Source: Podarcis melisellensis (Eukaryota). Taken from it: a stretch of DNA of 64,000 nucleotides. Shown here one piece after another: positions 50,910 to 60,855 of this stretch; the stretch's first letter is position 1; each line of letters opens with the position of its first letter. The notes under the pieces are model-generated. The model did not search any database. It was not told the DNA's origin and saw nothing but the letters and a program-made list of their open reading frames with translations. The stretch lies in NCBI GenBank assembly GCA_964234715.1, contig OZ174278.1, one strand, 5' to 3'. Made by a program: the position numbers and the translations under genes.

Positions 50910-51416
50910 TGTCAGGGACCGTGCTGAGGAGGGCTGCACTGAGGAGGAATGGTGGGAGCCTCCCCCTCCCCCTCCTCCTGATCAGGATCCTGAATCTTCC
51001 CAGGAGCAGTGGGACCGTATAGATTTGGAACAGTGGTTTGCAGAGGAACATAGTTCAGAAGACAGAAGTTGGGAAGTACTGGGCGGTGAACAGCTAGAAG
51101 AAGAACTGGGGGAGAGAGTTGACAGACTCACTGTCACTGGAAAGCGTCTATCTGCTCAGCCCAAGGAGAGCAAATAAGGTGGAGCATAGAAAGCACAGTG
51201 GTTATGAGCTCAGGTTGCAAGCAGATGTGATGTGGGTGACTAGAGGGGAAGTGGGTGGAACCCTTAATTGGGAGCACCTTCATTTCCAGGTATGGATTCT
51301 TTGTTCTCTCGCTGTGATCATTAAAATCTCTAACTGGTAAGAGACTCATTTCGCTTTGTTCTGCTTATCTAATGCCAAAGGGAGGGGGGAGGAAGCCGAG
51401 TCCCTGAAGCCTGACA
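50910..51416 (+). mobile_element. Solo LTR (TGTCAG family)
   Basis: TGTCAGG...CCTGACA (7-bp terminal IR). Flanks TGTAA / AGTAA. Confidence 0.82.
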
Positions 51417-52569
51417 AGTAACCTTGTTCATCAACAACTCTCAAATTCTCAAATTTAGCCAAATTAGAAAGTGTGCATTGTTGGAGATTCCATATTCAAT
51501 TTTCTTTCAGAGGCTGGTAGGCCAAGGTTTGGAGGTTGCCTGTAGTGAAAAAGGTAACTGGGGGGGGGGGGACATTCGACAGGAGTCAAACTGAAAAGTA
51601 CATTTCATGGCTCATGGTACACTCTCATAATTTAAGTGAACAACAACAGGGTCAGATTCTTCCAGCTGCCTCTCAGAAATCTATAGGATTAGATACTATT
51701 CCCATACTTTATTGGTTCCCGGCTTAAAACTATAGATGCTGAGACAAAAACAATACATGAAGATTATAGTGTACTATTAATTTTTATTGTGAATATGTAA
51801 TATGATTTCCAGTTTACGTTTTGTTTCAGCTGCTGTACTATATATGTCTTTGTTTGTTTTTATATTTTATTTTTAAAAATTGCAAAAAAATTCGATGAAG
51901 GAGGGAAAAATTATTAAGTTTTCCTTCAGGCTTCTACTGCTGAGACTTCCTAATTCCTCTAATTTTGGGCCAGTCTTACACTTACTAAAATTCATAAATT
52001 ATCCACAAGGTCTCCGTGCGCTTATTATATCCTCATAGAAACACTGGTGGGAAATTTCATAACCAATAACCTCTGCCAAAAATTCCATATGATCCTGCAA
52101 CACCGCCAAATAGGAATAGCATCTGCACTATTTCTTGGGCCAAAGGGAATCGAGACTTTTTGAAAAGTTGAACATGCATCAAGAACAGTAAAACAGAGTG
52201 CATATCAATCCATCTGCCAGCAAAGAAAGGTGTTTTGGATACAAGCTTATTTAAAATAGCAATATTCATAAGCAACTCCAGGGTGGCATAAATTATTATT
52301 AGAAATATAGAATTAGGTAACCAAGATCTAATGAGAGGGGAGCAAACTGAAGGGAGAGAGCCAAAAAATAAAGAAAGGAGAGGATGATTGCAGTAAATGT
52401 CTGAGGGGAAACAAACCACAAGCTTGGGTAGTGCTTAGGCAAACTATAGCTTAGCTCTGGGGCAGCAGAACTGGGGGAAGAACAAGGTGGTTGTGATCTT
52501 ATCTTCAGCAACCCACCCATTTGCTCATTCATGCCATGTCACAGTTTGGTTTAGTGTTGTCACAAAGTG

Positions 52570-53650
52570 GGACACATCCATACCATATATTTAAAGCACT
52601 ATAATACCACTTTCGTAGACACGGCTTCCGCCAAAGAATCTTGGGAGCTCTGGTTTGCTAAGGGCCCTGAGAGTGGTTAGGAGGACCTTATCTCCACCCA
52701 GAGCCATGGTTCTCTCAGTGGTTTAGTAAGCAGCCCCTCTGCCCAGTAAACTCTGGGAATTATAGCTCTGAGAGGGGAATAGGAATCTTCTAACAATTCT
52801 CAGCCTGTTGTCTTTGTCCGTGGAGTTTTCTTGGCTGGGATACTGGAGTGGCTTGCCGGTTCCTGCTTCAGGTAGATCACAATTAGTCAAACCTATCCGC
52901 TATGACCTGTCCGTCTTGACTGGCCCTGCACGGCATACCTCATAGCTTCTCTGAGTTATCTTTCTTGAGTTCCATGATCATTGCAGATGGAGACAGCAGT
53001 CACAAAATTAAAAGACGCCTGCTTCTTGGGAGAAAAGCAATGACAAACCTAGACAGCATCTTAAAAAGCAGAGACATCACCTTGCCAACAAAGGTCCGTT
53101 TAGTTAAAGCTATGGTTTTCCCAGTAGTGATGTATGGAAGTGAGAGCTGGACCATAAAGAAGGCTGATCGCTGAAGAATCGATGCTTTTGAATTATGGTG
53201 TTGAAGGAGACTCTTGAGAGTCCCATGGACTGCAAGAAGATCCAACCTATCCATTCTGAAGGAAATCAGCCCTGAGTGCTCACTGGAAGGACAGATCGTG
53301 AAGCTGAGACTCCAATACTTTGGCCACCTCATGAGAAGAGAAGACTCCCTGGAAAAGACCCTGATGCTGGGAAAGATGGTGGGCACAAGGAGAAGGGGAT
53401 GACAGAGGACGAGATGGTTGGACAATGTTCTCGAAGCTACGAACATGAGTTTGACCAAACTGCTGGAGGCGGTGGAAGACAGGAGTGCCTGGCGTGCTCT
53501 GGTCCATGGGGTCATGAAGAGTCGGACATGACTAAATGACTAAACAACAACAATTCTCAGCACCCTTAACAAACTACAGTTCCCAGGATTCTTTGAGGGG
53601 AGCCATGACTGTGTTAAAGTGGTATCATAGTGATTTCGGTGCATGTGGGG
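52570..53650. mobile_element. Palindromic MITE-like repeat, split by the BovB insertion
   Basis: Long imperfect inverted arms (taccactttc...ccaaagaatcttgggag / ttcccaggattctttg...aaagtggta). Relatives at about 12105-12265 and 56625-56910. Confidence 0.55.
52805..53548 (+). mobile_element. BovB insertion: inverted 5'-UTR segment (52805-52960, minus) plus 3' end (52965-53548, plus)
   Basis: One 13-bp TSD, AACAATTCTCAGC (52792-52804 and 53549-53561), encloses both parts. The RT frame carries stops. Confidence 0.9.
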
Positions 53651-54036
53651 AAGGAGCCATAGAGTTTTACAAAGACATATGTCCTATTTTCGCTGACCTG
53701 GAGGACAAAAAATTCTACATTGTTGCCCTTGTACACTGCCATAGACACCTAGTCAGGCACATTCAGCTTGAGCAGGCCTGGTTTTTATGTATTTTATTTC
53801 ACCTTTACAAAAATAACATTATGTCAACAACACACAGGGACTGTGGCGCAATATTAATGGAACATTTTGCATTCCAAATGAAAATGTTCCTTACATTAAA
53901 TGTGTAATTTGAGCGCCAAACAATGTGACACTCAACATTTCCCACAAACTGTTTTTCAGCTTCAAAGGCAAACATTTACAACAAAAAATGATCATGTTTA
54001 ATCTGCAAAATAAATACATTTGATTTTAATTGCTTG

Positions 54037-54380
54037 GATAATGACCGAGCGAGTACATCAGGCTCATCTCGCTCCTAGAGATAATAATGAAAGGCAAAGA
54101 GGCCCAAACAATATCCCAAGAATAGACCAAGCGAGAGTGCCTCTGAAGATGGCTCCGGTAATGAAAGTCATTCTTTTGCAAATGACTCTCCTTCTGAAGA
54201 CCGGCCTGAAGATGCTGAAAACAGAATGATGCCTGTGGAAATGGAATTAATCAATATGAAGATGAAGAACAGCAGTCTATCACTGAAGAGCTGTTTGATA
54301 ATAATGAATCTGAGCAAACAGCCGGTGCTACAGAAACAAATGAAAGTGGATAAAATGTCAATGATAATAATGATTCCAGG
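54037..54380 (+). pseudogene. Frameshifted acidic, low-complexity coding fossil of unknown origin
   Basis: Joined frames give DNDRASTSGSS.../SESASEDGSGNESHSFANDSPSEDRPEDAEN/NDACGNGINQYEDEEQQSITEELFDNNESEQTAGATETNESG*NVNDNNDS. Confidence 0.4.
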
Positions 54381-54464
54381 ATATATATAGATATATGTTT
54401 TCACAAGAGATAGAGAAGGAAAGGAGGAGCATAGCCGAAAATGACTTTTAATCAGAAGGATAGC

Positions 54465-55028
54465 TGTTGCACACCACCCGAATCTCTGAGCGGTGTGAGA
54501 TTCCTGGAGTTCCAGGCACTTAAGCAGGGTTTGGGTTTCCTTTAGAAATGAGGAATAGCAGAGACTCCAGTATCTTTATGATATATGGTTTATTTGCACA
54601 TATATACAACTTGAGCCTACAATGGAGGGGTTCACACCAAAAGGGTCTTGTTTCTTCCATAGCCGCAGCCTTGGATTCAAACAGAGATGGAACGTTGCTC
54701 TGACTCTCTCCAGCTGGCTGATTTACCTCAAGGTCACATCACTGCAACTCAACTCTAGCTTTTCCTTCTAACTGCGGGTGGAGTTGCGGGGAGGGCCCCA
54801 CCAATTTGCCACTCACACAGTGCTCCTTTCCTTTGTTCTCTTCGTGTTCCATCACTCAGGCTATCACCTCATCAGGAAGCTAGTCTGGTTTATATGTTAA
54901 TACTTGCTCCATCCAGGGGCTAGAACGGTCTTTGACTACTTCCCCAAATTCACATACGGTATATTCAGAAGACGAAGCCTGTGTGTGAATTTGTTTTATG
55001 TGCAGAGATCAGTGCATAGTGATCAACA
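54465..55028 (-). mobile_element. Probable ERV/Gypsy solo LTR (right boundary uncertain)
   Basis: TGTTG...CAACA ends and TTTATT (minus-strand AATAAA) about 125 nt from the left end. No TSD confirmed. Confidence 0.45.
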
Positions 55029-55069
55029 CATAATCTTTGCAGAAGGCTCTCTTCCTGTGGCATGAGTAT

Positions 55070-55780
55070 AGAATCATAGAATCATAGAATCATAGAGTTG
55101 GAAGAGACCACAAGGGCTATCGAGTCCAACCCCCTGCCAAGCCGGAAACACCATCAGAGCACTCCTGACATATGGTTGTCAAGCCTCTGCTTAAAGACCT
55201 CCAAAGAAGGAGACTCCACCACACTCATTGGCAGCAAATTCCACTGTCGAACAGCTCTTACTGTCAGGAAGTTCTTCCTAATGTTTAGGTGGAATCTTCT
55301 TTCTTGTAGTTTGGATCCATTGCTCCGTGTTCGCTTCTCTGGAGCAGCAGAAAACAACCTTTCTCCCTCCTCTATGTGACATCCTTCTATATATTTGAAC
55401 ATGGCTATCATATCACCCCTTAACCTCCTCTTCTCCAGGCTAAACATGCCCAGCTCCCTTAGCTGTTCCTCATAAGGCATCGTTTCCAGGCCTTTGACCA
55501 TTTTGGTTGCCCTTCTCTGGACACGTTCCAGTTTGTCAGTGTCCTTCTTGAACTGTGGTGCCCAGAACTGGACACAGTACTCCAGGTGAGGTCTGACCAG
55601 AGCAGAATACAGTGGCACAATTACTTCCCTTGATCTAGATGCTATACTCCTATTGATGCAGCCCAGAATTGCATTGGCTTTTTTAGCTGCCACGTCACAC
55701 TGTTGGCTCATGTCAAGTTTGTGGTCAACCAAGACTCCTAGATCCTTTTCACATGTACTGCTCTCAATCCAGGTGTCACC
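55070..55780 (-). mobile_element. Young CR1 LINE 3' fragment with open RT C-terminal frame (55154-55732)
   Basis: '[12 protein letters not shown]...[20 protein letters not shown]...[10 protein letters not shown]' and (ATTCTATG)n tail. AGTAT flanks. Confidence 0.96.
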
Positions 55781-55860
55781 AGTATCACGATGACCAATAG
55801 TTTGTTATCTGCTGCAGCTTTCTTCTGCATTCACAGCCTTTGTAGCACACCACTTGTTAT

Positions 55861-56207
55861 CAGAGCCGTCTTTCCCATAGAGCTTAGTGGTGCGTCGCGC
55901 CAGGGCACCGGCCTCTCAGGGGCGCCCCAGCAAGTGAGGGAGCTGCTCGGCTTTGCTGGCGGCCTCCCCTTTCCGTGCACGCCTGCCAGCTCCGCCCTGC
56001 CAATCATAAGGCTGGCGGGTGTGCCGCTTCCCTCCCAAGCCTTCTCAGGAGGATAGTGATCACTGCAGAGGCTTAGGATGGAAGCTGTGCCCCCCCCCCC
56101 ATGGCTGGCAGGGCGCAGCTACGGCCACCCCAACACTAGCTGTGGTAATTTGGGGGCGCTGGGCAGATATTTGCACTCTAGCACCACATCTGCTAAAGAT
56201 GGCCCTG
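55861..56207. mobile_element. hAT-type MITE
   Basis: TIRs CAGAGCCGTCTTT / AAAGATGGCCCTG. Perfect 8-bp TSD CTTGTTAT. Confidence 0.88.
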
Positions 56208-58259
56208 CTTGTTATCTTCTACCTGTTCTGCCATTGAGGACTTATTGGATCATTCTTTGTCTAGCTCCTTCCCCTTGTCCTCACCGCCTTGGGTGACCCT
56301 ACTGAGAGACTCTTAACGGCTTCGCATGCAAGGATCATAGGAACGTGCAAGCCTACTCACCACAACAAGGTGATGATCCAGCAAGTGAGGTTGTGATTGA
56401 GACGCAAAGGAGAAAATGGACTTTTTATCCGAAGGGTAGCCATATTACTTTGTTGTAGCAAAAACAATAGCTCTATGGTCTTTAGTAAAACATGAATAAA
56501 GTATAGCTTCCGTGTCTAGAGTTCACAATGGCTGGAGATGCATGAAACTGTCCAGTAAATCATGAGGTGCATGGATAGAATTGGGGGCAGAGCTCGCATC
56601 TCCTGGAAAGCCACAAAGATTGAGGCCCCCTGTACACTGAACTTCAGGCCACTTTAAACAGCTGCGGCTTCTGTAAAAGAATCCTAAAACTTGTAGTTTT
56701 TTAAGGGTGCTGAGTTGGTAGGACATCTCTATCCCTCTGCCAGAGGGAAGAGGACTTGACTGCCCCCCCACCTGAAATTTGTAGCTCTTTGAAATAAATA
56801 GATGTCTCCTAACCACTCTAGTACCCTTCACAAACTACAGTTCCCAGGATTCTCTGGGGGAAGAGGTGATCATTTAAATTAGTGTGATACTGCTTTAACT
56901 GTGTAGAGCAGTTGGAGCCTGAGGAAAATGCAGCCCAGTGGGGCACATGCTGGTGAGGAGTGGAGCCAGAAGCAAAAGTGGACAGAACAACAAATGTCAT
57001 TTTTTACCTTTGTGCATCAGGCACACATCTAAGCAAGCAAAGGGGCAGAGTTCAAGGGTACATCCAAGACAGGCAAAAACATCTGAGGCACAAAAAGCCA
57101 CTCTGGAGTAAGCAAAAGTCTGTGTTTTGTTTATTTGTTACTTTAGTGCAAATGTATAAACACCTATTCAGAATTAATGGGGGCAGCCAAATGCAAAAAC
57201 AGACAAGTCTCCCAAAGCAAGAGGGAATTTCTGCGTGACAAGCTGTACATCCAACAGACACTTGACTTTCCTGCCCAACACGGCTTTTAAAAGATGCCGA
57301 AGTTGTGTCCTCCTTCACATCTACCTACGCTAAGCACTGGTTTTGTACGAGGCGAAAAAGATGGTGCTGGAATCAAAACTACTCTCGTGTTTGAGGCAGA
57401 AACTTTGCGACGGCATCTACTACAATCATGAATCAAGGGAATGCAGAAATGGAAAGGGGTTTTGGGGTTTTTTTTGTTCGTTTCCTTATGCCGTGTACAA
57501 GTAAAACCAAAAGCATTAAAGCGTCTCTCTGCTCTTTTGAAGCACTAAAATGCCTCTAGGTCTTTGCATTAGGAAACACAACATCCTTACAAGGATCAGA
57601 AGGCAAGATCCCACGGGGAAAGCTGATACCTCGTAATGCAGCAGCACTTGCCTTTTGAACAAGTTTACTATAAAAACACATAGGACAAAAAGATCATTTT
57701 ACATCTCTTAGAAGAAGGGCAAAGTCAAAAACAGAGGATTGGTGTTTTATCTGAAAATGGTTCACAATTGTTGCCTGGCCCTCCCTCCGCACAAAAGCAA
57801 CTTACCAAGGAAGTGTGCCTCACCCTTCAAAGACAGCCCAACCAGCGCTGTTTATAGATCAGAAACATCAATTTCACTACCTGGGAGTAGGGGGACACTA
57901 AATGCATCCTCCAACATCCCCACTCAAATAGAGAAATTTCCAGGATATATATGTGCCACTAAAGGCACAAACAGAACCCTCTTGGACATATTGTTCCCTA
58001 TCCTATCAGAGGTATGTGGATGTGTTGGCTAGAAGAATTTGTTTGAGGTGTTTAAACTGTTCCCCCATTAGCAGAAGAGTGAAATGGAATTCTTCTGCTA
58101 TTAGCTAAGCATCTTGAAGAAATGCAGCTGAAACTAATTTGCTCCCAAATATTATCCATGGCAAGATTTATGAAGTATTGTTATATATTTGGGTGGGACC
58201 ACACTAAACTCTGGAAATTAATACACGGTAGGGTTTTGATTATTTGGGAGTAGTGAAAG

Positions 58260-58856
58260 CAGGGTCGGATTTCGGTTTGATGAGGCCCTAAGCTACTGAA
58301 GGTGCTGGGGCCCTTTATATGTCCAGCTGTCCTTTGTCAACAATGAATTGTTGCTTTTTTTGTGTTGAATATATGCTATATGGTAATTTATGGACCTAAT
58401 AGGTATCTCCCCTTCATAGATCACTGCCTTGTTGTGACGAAGGGGCTTGAATAACTCCAAGAAGCGATGAGCTATGCCTTGCAGGGCCACCCAAGACGGA
58501 CAGGTGATAGCCAAGAGTTTAGACTAAATTTGATCCACCTGGAGAAGGAACTGGCAATCCACTCCAGTATTTTGCCAAGAAAACTCCATGGACATAAAAA
58601 AGGAGAAGCTTTGAGAAGAAAGTGCGAGTTTCCAAGGCATGCTCAGGTTCATGAGTCATGGAGAGTCGAACACGACTAAGATGACTAAACAAAAATAGGT
58701 ATCTAAAGACATTTGCACATAACAAAATATGCATTTTATCAAAGTAATTGTTGACATGAAATACAATTAAGAAGAAGTATATTAAAAGTGAAATGCAATT
58801 AAGAATTGGGGGCCCTAAGCTATAGCTTGTTTAGCTTATACGTAAATCTGGCACTG
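58260..58856. mobile_element. hAT-type MITE hosting a BovB-derived short element
   Basis: TIRs CAGGGTCGGATTT / AAATCTGGCACTG. Perfect 8-bp TSD AGTGAAAG. A related fragment lies at about 61440-61565. Confidence 0.88.
58409..58693 (+). mobile_element. Short bipartite BovB derivative (5'UTR + 3' tail; Bov-A-like architecture)
   Basis: The 5' part matches the BovB 5'UTR (gatcactgccttg...agggccacccaagacggacagg...ccactccagtat) and the 3' part matches the BovB tail (gagtcgaacacgactaa). 11-bp TSD AATAGGTATCT. Confidence 0.85.
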
Positions 58857-59382
58857 AGTGAAAGGAAGATTGGAGGCCAGTGGAAAAATACAGACTAAGC
58901 TTCCTTTCCAAGTCAGGACCCTCACCTGGGATAGAGGTGTTAACATGACAAAGGGTGTGGATTGCTCATCTAAGAGGAATCCTTGGGCCTGGGCATACAG
59001 AGGTTGCCACGGTGATGGGGTGTATGTGTGAAGTGACAAGAAAAGAGTGTCTTTAGCAAGGAGTGCTGGGAAGAAGGAAGAGGAGAACAGAAATGCAGAA
59101 TCCATCTTTGGCAGGCTGGCTGAAGGCTAACTGGGAGAGATGCCTTGGACTCCAGGTGATCCAGTGATGCATCACCTGCAGCCACTGCTTGTTGGAGGCC
59201 AGATCTGCCTCCTCCTATTCAGCCACACTTGCTATTGTGCACAGGCGCACCAGAACTCCAGTAGCTTAGCCAGAGCACCACCAGTGTCAGGATGCCTGTG
59301 CTGTGCTGGGGCAAGTTATGGGGAGAGGGGGCAGGATAACTGCTCTCCACAAAGTCTCCAGGCTGCTGCACAGCTGTGAAGC

Positions 59383-59975
59383 ACAAAGCCACTTCCGACA
59401 TCAGGAGGAGGTGGTGTTGCGGGCTTCACGGCCCCAACATGAGTGTGGGGGCTGGCTTCCAGCCCCTGCGCGATCAGGGGAATCCTCGGGCTGCGTCATC
59501 TCCAGGGCCAGCCAATCGGCTGGCTCGGGGTGTGTGTGTGGCTTGCCTCATTTAAGACGATCGCAGCCCCGGGATCTCCCTCTTTCACCGGCGCCTTGGT
59601 AGGGGTATTGTTGTTTAGATGTGTTCGGGGGGAGCGTCATCACCTCCCCCAAATATTGAAGGGTAGTCCGTTAAAGGATTCCGTGGGGTGTGACCTCATC
59701 CGAAGCCTATGGAGGCCAGGGCCTAAAGTGCGCCCCCGAGTGGTGACCCCGGGGGATTACCTAGTTGATGTGCATCAGCAGGGCTCCCCCTGCTGGTGTT
59801 AACCCTTCCTGGTCTTCAAGCAAACAGGCTGAAGCCGGATAGTCGGATAGGACCAAAGCCAATACCGCTCTTACCTGTAACCAATTATGTTGTGGCCAAT
59901 TTTAGCCCATTAACCTTAATGAATGGTGTCATGTGTCTTTATTTTTACTGGGGGAGGCGGGAACCTGCCACGCAA
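59383..59975 (+). mobile_element. Non-autonomous Ngaro/DIRS-like or LTR-like element (family B)
   Basis: Same architecture as family A: ACAAAGC-hairpin-TGTTGCGG ... GTTGTGGCCAA ... CACGCAA. No TSD. Confidence 0.6.
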
Positions 59976-60038
59976 AGTCTCCTCCATCCTCTCTGCCTTT
60001 TTGCTCACCCTGCTTCAGGCAGGATGTGCAGATGGATT

Positions 60039-60855
60039 GCAAAGCGTGTTCTCCTTCAGGGAGAGCACGTGTTGTGGTGGGGTCTGCTGAGCCACCCCTT
60101 TGTTGCTGGGTAAGTTCTCCAAGATGGCCAGGGGGCAGTGATTGGATTGCTGAGTTGCTGGGGGAAAAGTTATGTTGCAATTTTGGTGGGAGGGGTAAAA
60201 AGGTTTAAATACTCTGCACGCAGCCTTGTACTTTCTCTTTTGCTGCGTGCAACGGATCACCCGCCCACCCGCCCTAGAGTAAGGGGTTGTTGCGTTGACC
60301 TTGCTATGCCTGTCATGGGGTCATCTGCGTTTGGGGCAGGGGTCTGGTAGGAATTTTGTCCATCTGGCTGATTGGCTGGGCCATTTGGTTTTTGCCTACT
60401 GCGTAGCAAATCATCACAACAAGGTTGTGGTTGGGCATTGGTTATAAATCTGGTGGAGGAGGGGTTAGGATAGGCTGGGCCTTCCCTCTCCATGGTTGTT
60501 GCGGAAAGGGAATTCCGTTAAAGGAATCCTGGGGCTTGCCATCTTTTCGTCCAATCCCTGGAATGGGACTAGGGCCGGCAAGCCTTCGGGGAGCAGGCGG
60601 GTGAGAATTGAGGGTCTGTGACTCAGCTCCATTTCTCCCCGACTTGTTTCCCCCCGCACTGTCTTTCGGTGGTGCCCGGAAGTCAGTTCTGCCCCCAGGC
60701 GGGGGGACAGATAGTCTTAACCAACGCCTAAACAACCACTCACGGTTTTGTATTTAAATAAAGTTGTGGCCAAAATCATGCCAAAAATCTTAAACAAAAA
60801 ATTACGTGTCCGTTGTGAGTTATTTGGGGGGTGGCTTGGGGACCTCGACACGCAA
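60039..60855 (+). mobile_element. Non-autonomous Ngaro/DIRS-like or LTR-like element (family A, copy 2)
   Basis: Closely similar to 27842-28635, with an extra 22 nt at about 60498-60519. GCAA at both ends. Confidence 0.75.

Noticed and set aside
49494-51416. TRIM or two-LTR element formed by the adjacent same-strand LTRs
   Set aside because: Each LTR has its own TSD (ATGAG; TGTAA/AGTAA), the two are well diverged, and the spacer continues the interrupted CR1.
53660-54020. Endogenous viral protein (HCH motif reminiscent of adenoviral E4 or parvoviral HUH)
   Set aside because: Only a tripeptide matches, the frames are short with stops, and the composition fits AT-rich non-coding DNA.
54140-54225. 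CTGAAGA...GAAA hammerhead-like strings
   Set aside because: No credible stems. They are explained by acidic codons.
56430-56550. Third Penelope-type hammerhead (minus strand)
   Set aside because: Probably a decayed Neptune-like fragment, but the CUGANGA core is gone and GAAA reads GGAA.
27842-60855. One giant 33-kb element bounded by the two family A repeats (outer flanks AGAGAG/AGTGAG)
   Set aside because: The interior is ordinary host DNA with old repeats and no element ORFs. The flank similarity is imperfect and probably chance.
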